From: Eubacteriales bacterium
GTDB taxonomy: Bacteria > Bacillota > Clostridia > Oscillospirales > CAG-382
Length of the DNA stretch: 64,000 nucleotides
Direction of reading: 5' to 3'
NCBI GenBank assembly: GCA_045595785.1
Contig: JAZOBE010000015.1
Coordinates: 6,989-70,988 of the forward strand
Part shown: piece after piece, positions 47,224 to 56,031 of the stretch
How positions within the stretch are numbered: position 1 is the stretch's first letter
Layout: the number at the start of each line of letters is the position of its first letter
The notes under the pieces: model-generated
The model's database searches: none
What the model saw: only the letters and a program-made list of their open reading frames with translations
Told to the model about the DNA's origin: nothing
Translations under genes and position numbers: made by a program

Positions 47224-49215
47224 TTATTCAGCGGTTTCTTCAGCGTTTGCTTCGCTTACAGTTTCCTCAACAGCTTCCTCAACAGCTTCTTCAACTGCGG
47301 GCTCTTCGTCAGCAAGGAGAGCGCGGATAGAAAGGCTTACGCGGGTTCTTTCGGGCTCGATAGCGGTGATCTTAGCGGTAACGGTATCGCCAACCTTAAG
47401 AACGGATGCGGGGTTTGCAACGGGCTTGGCAGCGATCTGGCTGATGTGGATAAGACCGTCAACGCCGGGGATGATCTCAGCGAAAGCGCCGAAATCGAGA
47501 ACGGAAACTACCTTTGCGTCAACAACGTCACCTACGTTGTACTGCTCGGGGAACAGCTTCCAAGGATTGTTTTCTTCAGTCTTGTAGCCGAGAGAGATAC
47601 GCTTTTTCTCGGGGTTTACGGACTTGATGTAAACTTCGATGGAATCGCCAACCTTAAGAAGCTCAGCAGGAGCCTTAAGTCTGCCCCAGGACAGCTCGGT
47701 AATGTGTACGAGACCGTCTACGGGACCGATGTTTACGAATGCGCCGAAGTCTGCCAGAGAACGAACGGTACCGGTGAACTTCTGACCTTCTTCAAGAGAA
47801 GCGTAGAATTCTTCAACAGCCTTCTTGCGTTCTGCTCTTGCAACGACCTTGATGGAGCCAACAGCTCTCTTGCGGTTCTTCTGGTCGCCGCCGGTTTCGA
47901 TAACTCTGAAGCTTACGGTCTTACCCTTAAGCTCATCCAGAGGCTGATCCTTAGCAATACCGGTCTGGGATGCGGGAACGAATACTTTTACATTCTTGTA
48001 CATTACGATACAGCCGCCGCGTACGATCTCGGTAACCTTACCGCTAAGGTTTTCACCGTTTTCGCATGCTGCAACAACTTCTGCCCACTGCTTGTCGGCA
48101 TCAAGGGACTTCTTGGAAAGAATCACTGTGCCTTCAACGTCCGAGAACTTTATGCATACCACCTCAACGCTATCGCCTACGTGGAATTCTTTTGTAAGAT
48201 CCACGCCGCTTTCGGAGGTAATCTCGTCATACGGTAAAATGCCGGTGTGCTTTGTGCCAAGGTCGACTTTAACCTCTGCCGGGCTTACCGCAAGAACGGT
48301 ACCTGTTACCCTTTCCCCTGTAGTTAATGTTCTGAATGACTGGTCGAGCATCTCCTGGAAGGAAAGATTCTCGTTGATGGTGTCTGTCATTTGTTTAATA
48401 ACCTCCTGTAATATATCACCGGGAGTCGAAGCTCCTGCGGTAATGGCAATTTTATTTCGGGAAGTGAAAAAATTCTTCCCATATCCTTCAAGCTCTGCGG
48501 CGGTGCTTATAAATATCGCCTCGCCGTAAAGACATGCGGTCTCAAATAACTTTCGTGAATTGGAACTGCTTTTATCACCGACGACGACTGTAAGGTCGCT
48601 TTGTGCGGAAAGCACAGTCAACTCACTTTGACGCTTTGACGTTACCGGGCACACCGTGTCAAACACAAGTGCTTCGGGGCACGTCTTTGCAATAACAGCC
48701 TTGCATTTTTCCCACTCGGCTACGCTGTGGGTGGTTTGTACCACAACGAGAGTATTTGGGGGCAGGGAAGGTATCTCCTCTGCTGCGGAAGCGACGAAAT
48801 ATCCGCTTTTTGCGTGGGAGCATATTCCCTCTACCTCGGGATGAGTCCTGCTTCCGATAACAAGCGTAAATCGCTCAGCGCTGTTTTGGCTTACAATTTC
48901 ATGTATTTTTTTTACGAAAGGGCAGGTAGCGTCAATTACGAGCCTTCCGGTATCTGTTATTTCTTTATATATATCCTTGGCTACCCCGTGCGATCTTATA
49001 AGCACAGCGGTTCCCTTCGGAAGATGCTTTACCTCTTCGGGCGTTACGGAAAAAACACCTTTTTTCTCCAGCCGTTGGGTAAACGTACGGTTGTGGATTA
49101 TCTCACCAAGGGTGCATATGTTTTTTCCCTGCGCCAGATTTTCTTCCAGCAAGCTTACTGCCCGCTTTACTCCGAAACAAAATCCCGCGGAGGAGGCAAC
49201 CGTGATCTTACTCAA
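47224..49215 (-). CDS. ispH: Bifunctional 4-hydroxy-3-methylbut-2-enyl diphosphate reductase / ribosomal protein S1 fusion
   Basis: AGFCFGV, IIHN, IRSHG, DATCPFV, HPEV, DTVC, SSNS, TAGASTP, then four S1 repeats (FGAFV..G.VDGLVHITELSW). Start inferred at TTG 49215. Confidence 0.93.
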   Translation of the reverse strand: MSKITVASSAGFCFGVKRAVSLLEENLAQGKNICTLGEIIHNRTFTQRLEKKGVFSVTPEEVKHLPKGTAVLIRSHGVAKDIYKEITDTGRLVIDATCPFVKKIHEIVSQNSAERFTLVIGSRTHPEVEGICSHAKSGYFVASAAEEIPSLPPNTLVVVQTTHSVAEWEKCKAVIAKTCPEALVFDTVCPVTSKRQSELTVLSAQSDLTVVVGDKSSSNSRKLFETACLYGEAIFISTAAELEGYGKNFFTSRNKIAITAGASTPGDILQEVIKQMTDTINENLSFQEMLDQSFRTLTTGERVTGTVLAVSPAEVKVDLGTKHTGILPYDEITSESGVDLTKEFHVGDSVEVVCIKFSDVEGTVILSKKSLDADKQWAEVVAACENGENLSGKVTEIVRGGCIVMYKNVKVFVPASQTGIAKDQPLDELKGKTVSFRVIETGGDQKNRKRAVGSIKVVARAERKKAVEEFYASLEEGQKFTGTVRSLADFGAFVNIGPVDGLVHITELSWGRLKAPAELLKVGDSIEVYIKSVNPEKKRISLGYKTEENNPWKLFPEQYNVGDVVDAKVVSVLDFGAFAEIIPGVDGLIHISQIAAKPVANPASVLKVGDTVTAKITAIEPERTRVSLSIRALLADEEPAVEEAVEEAVEETVSEANAEETAE

Positions 49216-49789
49216 ATCTCTCACACACCTTTGCGAAGCAGTATTTTGCGGCTTCCGCGCTGGTAGTTGCGTTAGCGGAGTATTCCTCGTAAAGTATAGG
49301 CTCACCGATAACCACTCTGCATTTTCTGAACAGCTTTACGCGGTTATCCTTTGTGATGATGGACACAGGTACCACAGGTGCTTTTGTGTGAAGTATAATA
49401 AGTCCCGTACCGGGGAGCGCGCTCTCTGGCTGAGGAGTATCGTGCATACGTGTACCCTGAGGGAATATTCCTACGTTGTCTCCGCTCTTGACGGCGTTCA
49501 TACAGGCGCGCATCGCTTTAAGGTCTGCCGTACCTCTGGTAATGGGAATCAGCCCGTCTATCTTGGCGATGATCCTTAAAAACCAATTCTCCAGCACTTC
49601 TTCCTTTCCCACAAAACGTATAGGGGTGGGGAACGCTATTGCCAGCAACAACGGATCTGTTGCAGAAACGTGGTTTGCGCAAAGCACGAACGCCTGCTTG
49701 GGAATATTCTTTCTTCCCTCCACACGGAGACAAAAAAGCAACCGCACCGGCAACACGACAAAGAAACGAATAAAGCGATATAGTTTCAC
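49208..49789 (-). CDS. plsC: 1-acyl-sn-glycerol-3-phosphate acyltransferase
   Basis: NHVSATDP (HxxxxD), FVGKEE, IFPQGTR, VVPV. Confidence 0.92.
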   Translation of the reverse strand: MKLYRFIRFFVVLPVRLLFCLRVEGRKNIPKQAFVLCANHVSATDPLLLAIAFPTPIRFVGKEEVLENWFLRIIAKIDGLIPITRGTADLKAMRACMNAVKSGDNVGIFPQGTRMHDTPQPESALPGTGLIILHTKAPVVPVSIITKDNRVKLFRKCRVVIGEPILYEEYSANATTSAEAAKYCFAKVCERFE

Positions 49790-49892
49790 GCATATTACCT
49801 CATTATAAAATCTTTATACATTATAGAATAAATTTACGCGAAAAGCAAGTGGTTTATAAAAATTTAACAATTAAAGTTGTAATAACCTTTTA

Positions 49893-49921
49893 TTGACTAT
49901 GAGTTTTAGGTGTGGTATAAT
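49893..49921 (+). promoter_or_regulatory. sigmaA promoter of the CapA-DUF4855 operon
   Basis: TTGACT-17 nt-TATAAT with extended TG. Confidence 0.65.
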
Positions 49922-49962
49922 TCATTAACGTATGTTTTTACTGGCAGAAAGGGAATTTTTAT

Positions 49963-51390
49963 ATGAAAAACACGTTTCGTTTAATTATCGCCGTTTTGCT
50001 TGCGGCTTTGATATGTGTCTCCTGCGTCACCGAAAATGAGGAAAGCGTTGCGGAGAATTCCGCAGTGAGCGTGGCACCCTCCGTGTCTGACGAGATTTCG
50101 GAGGAATCCGAAGAAAGCATACCTGAAGTAAATCTGCAGGCAATGGCAGTTGCCACTATCGGTTCATCGGGAGATATACTTGTTCACAACGGTGTGCGTA
50201 AAAGCGGTTACGACGCTTCTGCAGGCGTGTTCGATTATTCATACGCATTTGAGTATCTTGCACCTTACGTAAAGGCACTGGATTACGCAGTAGTAAACGC
50301 AGAGTTTTCTGTCAGCGCAGACGGCACCTATGCATCTCTGCCCTTCAGAGTACCTGAAGCTATAGTAAAAGCATTGGCGCAGTGCGGTTACGATATGGGA
50401 ACTACCGCAAACAACCATATTTCCGACGGCGGCTGGGCAGGTATGAAAAAAACCATGCAGACTCTTAACGCCAACGGTATGGATTTTACCGGAACCCGTC
50501 TTAAGAATGAAGACGCCCGTTATCTTATAAAAGATATAAACGGAATAAAGGTGGGCTTCCTGAACTATTCTTACGGCTCTTACACCAACACTAACTGCTT
50601 CAGCACCTCTAATCTTGAGGCTTTTTATACCGAAGCCGCTTCTCTTATTGAGGGAATGCGTGCAGAAGGCGCAGAGCTTGTGTATCTCTATATACATTGG
50701 GGCGCAGAGTATTCGCTTTCTCCTAACGAATCCCAGCAGGCTATAGCACAGAAAATGTGTGATCTGGGTGTGGACGTCATTATCGGCGGACATCCTCACA
50801 AGATACAGCCTGTGGATCTTATTCACAGCGAGGTAAGCGGAAAAAGTACCATATGTCTGTATTCTATGGGCAATCTCTGGTCCGGTCAGCAGATTGAATG
50901 TATGGCAGGCGGTACCCAAGCCAACAGCCCTCACTGCTTCCAGGACCCTTGGCATTTCGCAGGATGTGATTATCCCGACGTTGCCGACCGTACCCTTGAT
51001 ACTCACCGTCTTGAGCACGGCACCAACTGTAACGATAACGGCCATACCGAGGACGGCGTAGTGTTTATGACAAACATCTGCAGATACGAGGACGGTACTG
51101 TTGCTATAGCTTCCGTTGACGTTCTTCCCGTGTGGTGTATGGGCAGAGGACTTGTAAAAGCATCCAATCCCATAAACAGCTATCACAGCGAATATTATTG
51201 TATTCCTCTTGCAAAAAGCGTGGACTGGCAGGCAGAATTCGGTCTTACCAACGCGGAATATACCGAAGCGTGCTATTCTTATGAGCGTACCATGGCGCTC
51301 CTTTCCGATGGTATTAACGAGGTAAACACTTATCTCGCTGAGCAATACGATATTCTTAATCAACAATTCAAAGAGGGGTTGCAGAAATGA
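49963..51390 (+). CDS. CapA/PGA_cap family metallophosphoesterase-like lipoprotein
   Basis: Lipobox CVSC; GDILVH, NAE, ANNH..D, HWG.EY, GGHPH, YSMGN. Confidence 0.88.
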   Translation: MKNTFRLIIAVLLAALICVSCVTENEESVAENSAVSVAPSVSDEISEESEESIPEVNLQAMAVATIGSSGDILVHNGVRKSGYDASAGVFDYSYAFEYLAPYVKALDYAVVNAEFSVSADGTYASLPFRVPEAIVKALAQCGYDMGTTANNHISDGGWAGMKKTMQTLNANGMDFTGTRLKNEDARYLIKDINGIKVGFLNYSYGSYTNTNCFSTSNLEAFYTEAASLIEGMRAEGAELVYLYIHWGAEYSLSPNESQQAIAQKMCDLGVDVIIGGHPHKIQPVDLIHSEVSGKSTICLYSMGNLWSGQQIECMAGGTQANSPHCFQDPWHFAGCDYPDVADRTLDTHRLEHGTNCNDNGHTEDGVVFMTNICRYEDGTVAIASVDVLPVWCMGRGLVKASNPINSYHSEYYCIPLAKSVDWQAEFGLTNAEYTEACYSYERTMALLSDGINEVNTYLAEQYDILNQQFKEGLQK

Positions 51391-53042
51391 GCTATTACAA
51401 TTCTAAAGCAATTGAAAAGACAACGGTTTCCGTGCCTTGCGAAAACGGCGATGCTACCGTGAAAAACCTTCTTTTGGGTATTCAGCCCGTGTCTATTACT
51501 GAGCTTTGCCCTATTGACGGTGATACGGCTACTCCCCGTTTCAATTCACCTATTGAAGCTACTATGCTTACCGACGGTATCCGCAGCGACGTTTATACTT
51601 ATACCGATGAGCGTTGGTTCCGTTTTACCCGCGGTGTTTCCAGAAGTGTAGTTTTCCGTCTTGATAATCTTTCCGCCGTTAACGGCTTTTCCGTAGGATT
51701 TCTTAAAGAGGACGTTTCCGCGGTAAGACTTCCCAGAAGGGTGGACGTTTGCCTTTCCGAAAACGGCGTTGACTGGCAGCGTGTTTATAAATGCAGAGAC
51801 ATCTTTTCCGATGAGGCGGCAGCCCGTGTTGACGTAAAGCGTGATTTCGATAAGACTTACCGCGCTTTGTACGTTATGTTTGAGATAGAGGTTGTGGGTC
51901 ACGTTTGGATAGATGAGCTGGAGCTGTTCGGTACTACCGCCGTTTCTGCAGACGCATGTGCTATTTGTGGTGAGGATCTGGACGGTGACAACGCAAGTAT
52001 AGTTGTTAACGAGTATCCTTCCTATGATGCTTTGGACGGAGTTCACAACGTTCTTCTTTCTTATAACTGTATTCCCCGCAACAAGGAAGCGGAGAGGCGT
52101 CCCGGATTAGGTCTTATTACAGTTGACGAATATTTGCCTCACCTTGCTTATATCGACAAGGACGGCGAGATGAAGGATACCTTCTTTGACGGTATGCTGT
52201 ATCTGCCTTATTCCATGTATACATATTCCGCCGAGTACAAATGTGCCGAGGGCTGGAAGCATTATATAGAAAACACCTTTGCTCCCAATGCCAACGTAGA
52301 TGCGCTTAATAAAGCTACCGCTATCGTCGGTGAAAAGCTGGGTATCCAAAACCACAAGACAAAGGTATATTTCTCCGTGCTCCATACAAAGCCCACGTAT
52401 GGTGATTTCCCCGAAAAATTCGGTGATATCGACGATGACGGTGTTGACGAGGTAATGGATAACTTTGCCGACCGTCAGAAGGCAATTAAGTGGTGTATCG
52501 ATACTACTATCCAAAAATTCAAGTCCGGCAATTACGAAAACCTTGTTCACGATGCGTTCTATTGGTTTGAGGAGGATATCGCATACTCCAATCCCGATGA
52601 GACGGCGCTTCTTAAGTGGACTGTGGAATATCTCCATTCTCTGAGCTACAAGCTGTTCTGGATACCTTATTATCAGGCGTCCGGCTTTATGGAGTGGAAG
52701 GATCTCGGCTTTGACGTTGCATGTATGCAGCCTAATTTTGCGTTCCGTGACGGTATTCCCACCCAGCGTCTTTACGATAATGCTGATATTACCAAGCGTC
52801 TCGGTATGTGCTATGAGCTTGAGATCGGCGGCAGCGACCCTGCTAACGTAGAAAGATATATGAAGTACCTGGATTGCGGTGCCGAAACCGGCTTTATGCA
52901 TTCTATAAAGATGTATTATCAGGGCGGCGTTCCCGGTGAATTCTATACTGCGTTCAAGTCTGACGACCCCGAGCTCCGCAAGGTATACGACAGTACCTAT
53001 CTCTTCGCAAAGGAAAAATACGTTTCCAGAAATCAAAAATAA
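51387..53042 (+). CDS. DUF4855-like protein with N-terminal discoidin/F5-8-like domain
   Basis: LTDG...IDELELFG beta-sandwich signature; DTFFDGMLYL, FYWFEE, FWIPYY, GFDVACMQPN, YYQG; ATGA overlap with the CapA gene. Confidence 0.72.
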   Translation: MSYYNSKAIEKTTVSVPCENGDATVKNLLLGIQPVSITELCPIDGDTATPRFNSPIEATMLTDGIRSDVYTYTDERWFRFTRGVSRSVVFRLDNLSAVNGFSVGFLKEDVSAVRLPRRVDVCLSENGVDWQRVYKCRDIFSDEAAARVDVKRDFDKTYRALYVMFEIEVVGHVWIDELELFGTTAVSADACAICGEDLDGDNASIVVNEYPSYDALDGVHNVLLSYNCIPRNKEAERRPGLGLITVDEYLPHLAYIDKDGEMKDTFFDGMLYLPYSMYTYSAEYKCAEGWKHYIENTFAPNANVDALNKATAIVGEKLGIQNHKTKVYFSVLHTKPTYGDFPEKFGDIDDDGVDEVMDNFADRQKAIKWCIDTTIQKFKSGNYENLVHDAFYWFEEDIAYSNPDETALLKWTVEYLHSLSYKLFWIPYYQASGFMEWKDLGFDVACMQPNFAFRDGIPTQRLYDNADITKRLGMCYELEIGGSDPANVERYMKYLDCGAETGFMHSIKMYYQGGVPGEFYTAFKSDDPELRKVYDSTYLFAKEKYVSRNQK

Positions 53043-53052
53043 ACCCATTACA

Positions 53053-53086
53053 AAAGCCCGTGGTCTCCCACGGGCTTTGTGTTTTT
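53053..53086. terminator. Terminator between convergent genes
   Basis: AAAGCCCGTGG-TCTC-CCACGGGCTTT. Confidence 0.75.
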
Positions 53087-53095
53087 GGCAGATGT

Positions 53096-54124
53096 TCAGT
53101 TTAACGGATGAACGGTGAAGTATATTTCCTGTTCTTCCGGCGTACCGAAAAGATAATCGGGGTTATAGGGAAGAAAACGCCAACGAGCAACTGTATGCTC
53201 CGTCGCCTCTTGCCAGCAATCCTTTCGATATATGTCCTCATAAATTTCACGGGTAATGCCGAAATGATCGATAAATTCGATTATATTTTGTTCGGTATCA
53301 CTTACGGCATCCAGCCAATCTTCGAATTCGTCAACACCGACGTACTCAATGAGACGGCGGTCTATAATATAATACCTTTTGGTATAACCGTTTCTATCTT
53401 CCAAAGATGTGTAATGATCATCAATTTCAGGAATGACATAAGCGTTTAGTAAATAATCCGAATGATTCCAGTATTCCTCAGAAAAAATAGCATCATAGCG
53501 AAATGCGTACAATCGGAACATCAAATAAATGGGGATTTCGCCTTCCTTTGACTTGCCGAATTCCTCAATGAATTTGTTGCAATGCGCAACGTATTCCTCT
53601 TTGGTTATACCATAATATTCGCATAATGCAGGCATATTAATAGCAGTAGTTCCGTTAAACAGCTTTAAGTATTCATCAGCAAAAATGCTCGAACCGGCTT
53701 TTCCATCTATATACTCCAATAGCAAACCGTCTATAGTAAAATAATACGCACGATGTTTGCCGTCGCGTCTGAGATCTTCGTCGGAGTCAGCGATGCCTAA
53801 TATATAAGTTTCAAACCAGTCGTTAATTTCATCAATTCCATACCAAACGTATTCTTCCGTAGAAACCTCGGGAGTTTGGCTTTCATCAGACTGTTCGTAA
53901 TCGGAAACTTCGGGAGTAGGAGCAGAGCTTTCATCAGACTGTTCGTAATCAGAAACTTCGGGCTCGGAGCCCTGCTGTTCAGATTTATGCGGAGCGGATG
54001 TCTGTCCATCACCGCTTTCGTTTTGCGAAACGCTCGCGTTGCTTTCGTTATCGGTAACTTCACAAGCAGTAAATACAAACACAAACGCAAGAAGCAGTGC
54101 AGTTATTAAGTATATTTTTTTCAT
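53096..54124 (-). CDS. Hypothetical lipoprotein with repeat linker and duplicated domain
   Basis: AAGGAG RBS, lipobox FTAC, PEVSDYEQSDES twice. Confidence 0.82.
   Translation of the reverse strand: MKKIYLITALLLAFVFVFTACEVTDNESNASVSQNESGDGQTSAPHKSEQQGSEPEVSDYEQSDESSAPTPEVSDYEQSDESQTPEVSTEEYVWYGIDEINDWFETYILGIADSDEDLRRDGKHRAYYFTIDGLLLEYIDGKAGSSIFADEYLKLFNGTTAINMPALCEYYGITKEEYVAHCNKFIEEFGKSKEGEIPIYLMFRLYAFRYDAIFSEEYWNHSDYLLNAYVIPEIDDHYTSLEDRNGYTKRYYIIDRRLIEYVGVDEFEDWLDAVSDTEQNIIEFIDHFGITREIYEDIYRKDCWQEATEHTVARWRFLPYNPDYLFGTPEEQEIYFTVHPLN
53862..53962. repeat. In-frame tandem repeat (two 36-nt copies, 48-nt period, plus a partial copy)
   Basis: GCTTTCATCAGACTGTTCGTAATC(G/A)GAAACTTCGGG at 53879-53914 and 53927-53962; partial GAAACCTCGGGAGT at 53862. 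Confidence 0.9.
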
Positions 54125-54317
54125 TAGATATCAACTCCTTTAATATGGAATAACAAAAAGTTTGCTTACACTTACATTATACATATTATGGCAAAAATGT
54201 CTATAAACAAATTGTAAACAAAAAACATTTTTGTATAAATGCACAAAAAGGAGCGTTTATTTTTAGTAAAATGCATATTAACAGAGGTTGTATGTTGAAG
54301 CGTGGTTTGTATATCAC

Positions 54318-54346
54318 TTGACCGACACAATGGTGTGTGGTATAAT
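54318..54346 (+). promoter_or_regulatory. sigmaA promoter
   Basis: TTGACC-17 nt-TATAAT with extended TG. Confidence 0.65.
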
Positions 54347-54372
54347 AATACAAACAATGACGGAGGTGCGGT

Positions 54373-55905
54373 ATGCGGACGAGGTTTATCAGCTTAATAT
54401 TGCTAATATTATCGGTGATGTCCTGCTTTGCGGGGTGCGTGGATGACGAAGAAAGCAGCGAGCTTTCCGACACCGTGTCCGAAATTGAAAATGTAAATTA
54501 TATATCCAAGACTGTCACCTTTATCGAGCCCGGCTCTAATCTTAGTTTGGTTGGGAAGATGGATATCATTGTGGACGGCAACGCGGAATACGCTTTTCAC
54601 AGTAAAGTGCCTTTTTCGGAAAGAGAGGTATGTGTCTCTGCCACAAAAAAGCTACTGAATTTTCTTAACGTGTATACGGATTTGGAAATATATATTTACG
54701 ATGAGTCTGAACATGCTTTCCGATATGCCGAGGCGGGGAAAATATATACTTTTGAGCAGGACTTTGAGAGCGCGGATTATATCGCAGACGTGTTGTTTTC
54801 CATCTTCGGCGGATATTGCAATTACGGGCTTGTTTACGGATATGCACATTTTCTGCAGGAAGAATTGTTTGGAATAAAAACCGAATATAACAAGCCGGAG
54901 TTTGTTGACGGCTGGCAGTATTACGATATAAATCTTTTGTGCTTTGATACAAGGTTCGTTTCCGAAGAGGATAAAGAAAACGTACAGAATATATCAAAGA
55001 ATTTTGTTAAAACTTATATATCCCGCAACGGCGTGAAAGCCTTTAACCGCCTTCTTTTTTCAAGCGGAAAAACAGACGACACCTCTTTGTTTTTGCGTTC
55101 CCTTTCCGATTATTATAAGGAAAACGGTGTAACCCCCGTACTTTCGGAAATACTGTACAGCTATGGCGGCACCAGTTTCCATTATTACGCCGCCTGCGAT
55201 TACGCTGTCTTTTGCGTAACCCCCGATTGGCAGGACAGACTGTATGGCAGAGCACCCTCTGTCTCTCACGGATTTCTCAATTCCGATTATTCCAAAACAA
55301 AGGAGTATTTCGAAGTAACCGAAAGGGAATTCGGAAACTACCGCACACTTTTGGGGTTTGAATCCTATAAAGAGGGATTGTATATCGTTTTTAATGATAA
55401 AAATTCCAATTACTACAAGGAAACCCACAGCATCTATATGTCCTCTCACGCAAATCTGATGTATACTTATATTCTGTCACTGGTGTCGGAAAAGGATATG
55501 GAGTTTTGGCAGACCAGAGGACTTGCGACGTATATCAGCCTTAAGGAGGATGTGTACGGTATTCCCGTTATAAACGAGTATTATAAAAACCGCGGTAACG
55601 GCCCTTCCTGGGCATTTGCCAACGAGTTTGTGGAAAAAACGGGCAGGGATATAGACGTGGTTACGGATATGGATGATCTGACCCATCTGTTTATGCGTTA
55701 CTACGACGATTATTATACGGAAACCGGAGATTCCGCCGCCTCTTTTACCTACTATTTAATATCTCTTTTCGGTGAAGAAAGGGTTACCGATTATCTTTTG
55801 GGACGCATAGAGCTTTCGTCTCTTACCGAAAAAACCTTGGATGAATTAAAGGCGGATTGGGAAACTTTTGTGAATACCGAATATTCCGAATACTTTATGG
55901 AGTAA
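54373..55905 (+). CDS. Hypothetical lipoprotein, possibly degenerate peptidase MA (gluzincin)-like
   Basis: GGAGGT RBS, lipobox FAGC; WQTRGLATY and ASFTYYLISLFG...LKADW resemble the peptidase MA C-terminal pattern; no HExxH. Confidence 0.75.
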   Translation: MRTRFISLILLILSVMSCFAGCVDDEESSELSDTVSEIENVNYISKTVTFIEPGSNLSLVGKMDIIVDGNAEYAFHSKVPFSEREVCVSATKKLLNFLNVYTDLEIYIYDESEHAFRYAEAGKIYTFEQDFESADYIADVLFSIFGGYCNYGLVYGYAHFLQEELFGIKTEYNKPEFVDGWQYYDINLLCFDTRFVSEEDKENVQNISKNFVKTYISRNGVKAFNRLLFSSGKTDDTSLFLRSLSDYYKENGVTPVLSEILYSYGGTSFHYYAACDYAVFCVTPDWQDRLYGRAPSVSHGFLNSDYSKTKEYFEVTEREFGNYRTLLGFESYKEGLYIVFNDKNSNYYKETHSIYMSSHANLMYTYILSLVSEKDMEFWQTRGLATYISLKEDVYGIPVINEYYKNRGNGPSWAFANEFVEKTGRDIDVVTDMDDLTHLFMRYYDDYYTETGDSAASFTYYLISLFGEERVTDYLLGRIELSSLTEKTLDELKADWETFVNTEYSEYFME

Positions 55906-55915
55906 AATAACCTTT

Positions 55916-55944
55916 GCGGCTGTCAAAAAAGACAGCCGTTTTTT
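55916..55944 (+). terminator. Intrinsic terminator
   Basis: CGGCTGTC-AAAAAA-GACAGCCG followed by a T-run. Confidence 0.75.
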
Positions 55945-55965
55945 CGTATATATTTTGTTTACTAC

Positions 55966-55994
55966 TTGAAAAACCTCGGATTTGGTGGTATAAT
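55966..55994 (+). promoter_or_regulatory. sigmaA promoter of gltX-glnS
   Basis: TTGAAA-17 nt-TATAAT with extended TG. Confidence 0.6.
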
Positions 55995-56031
55995 CTTACA
56001 GATTAGTATATTATTTTGGAGAAATGTAATT

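Noticed and set aside
49216-49305. N-terminal extensions in the ORF track (ispH; also the ylbJ-like gene, M23 gene, ABC ATPase, gltX, tsf)
   Set aside because: They overlap upstream genes or promoters; downstream starts have better RBS and fit the family N-termini.
53862-53962. 36-nt direct repeats as a mini CRISPR array
   Set aside because: Only 12 nt between copies, in-frame within a lipoprotein CDS, and no cas genes in the window.
55995-56031. T-box riboswitch before gltX (or before lysS)
   Set aside because: Leaders are far too short and no T-box motif is present.
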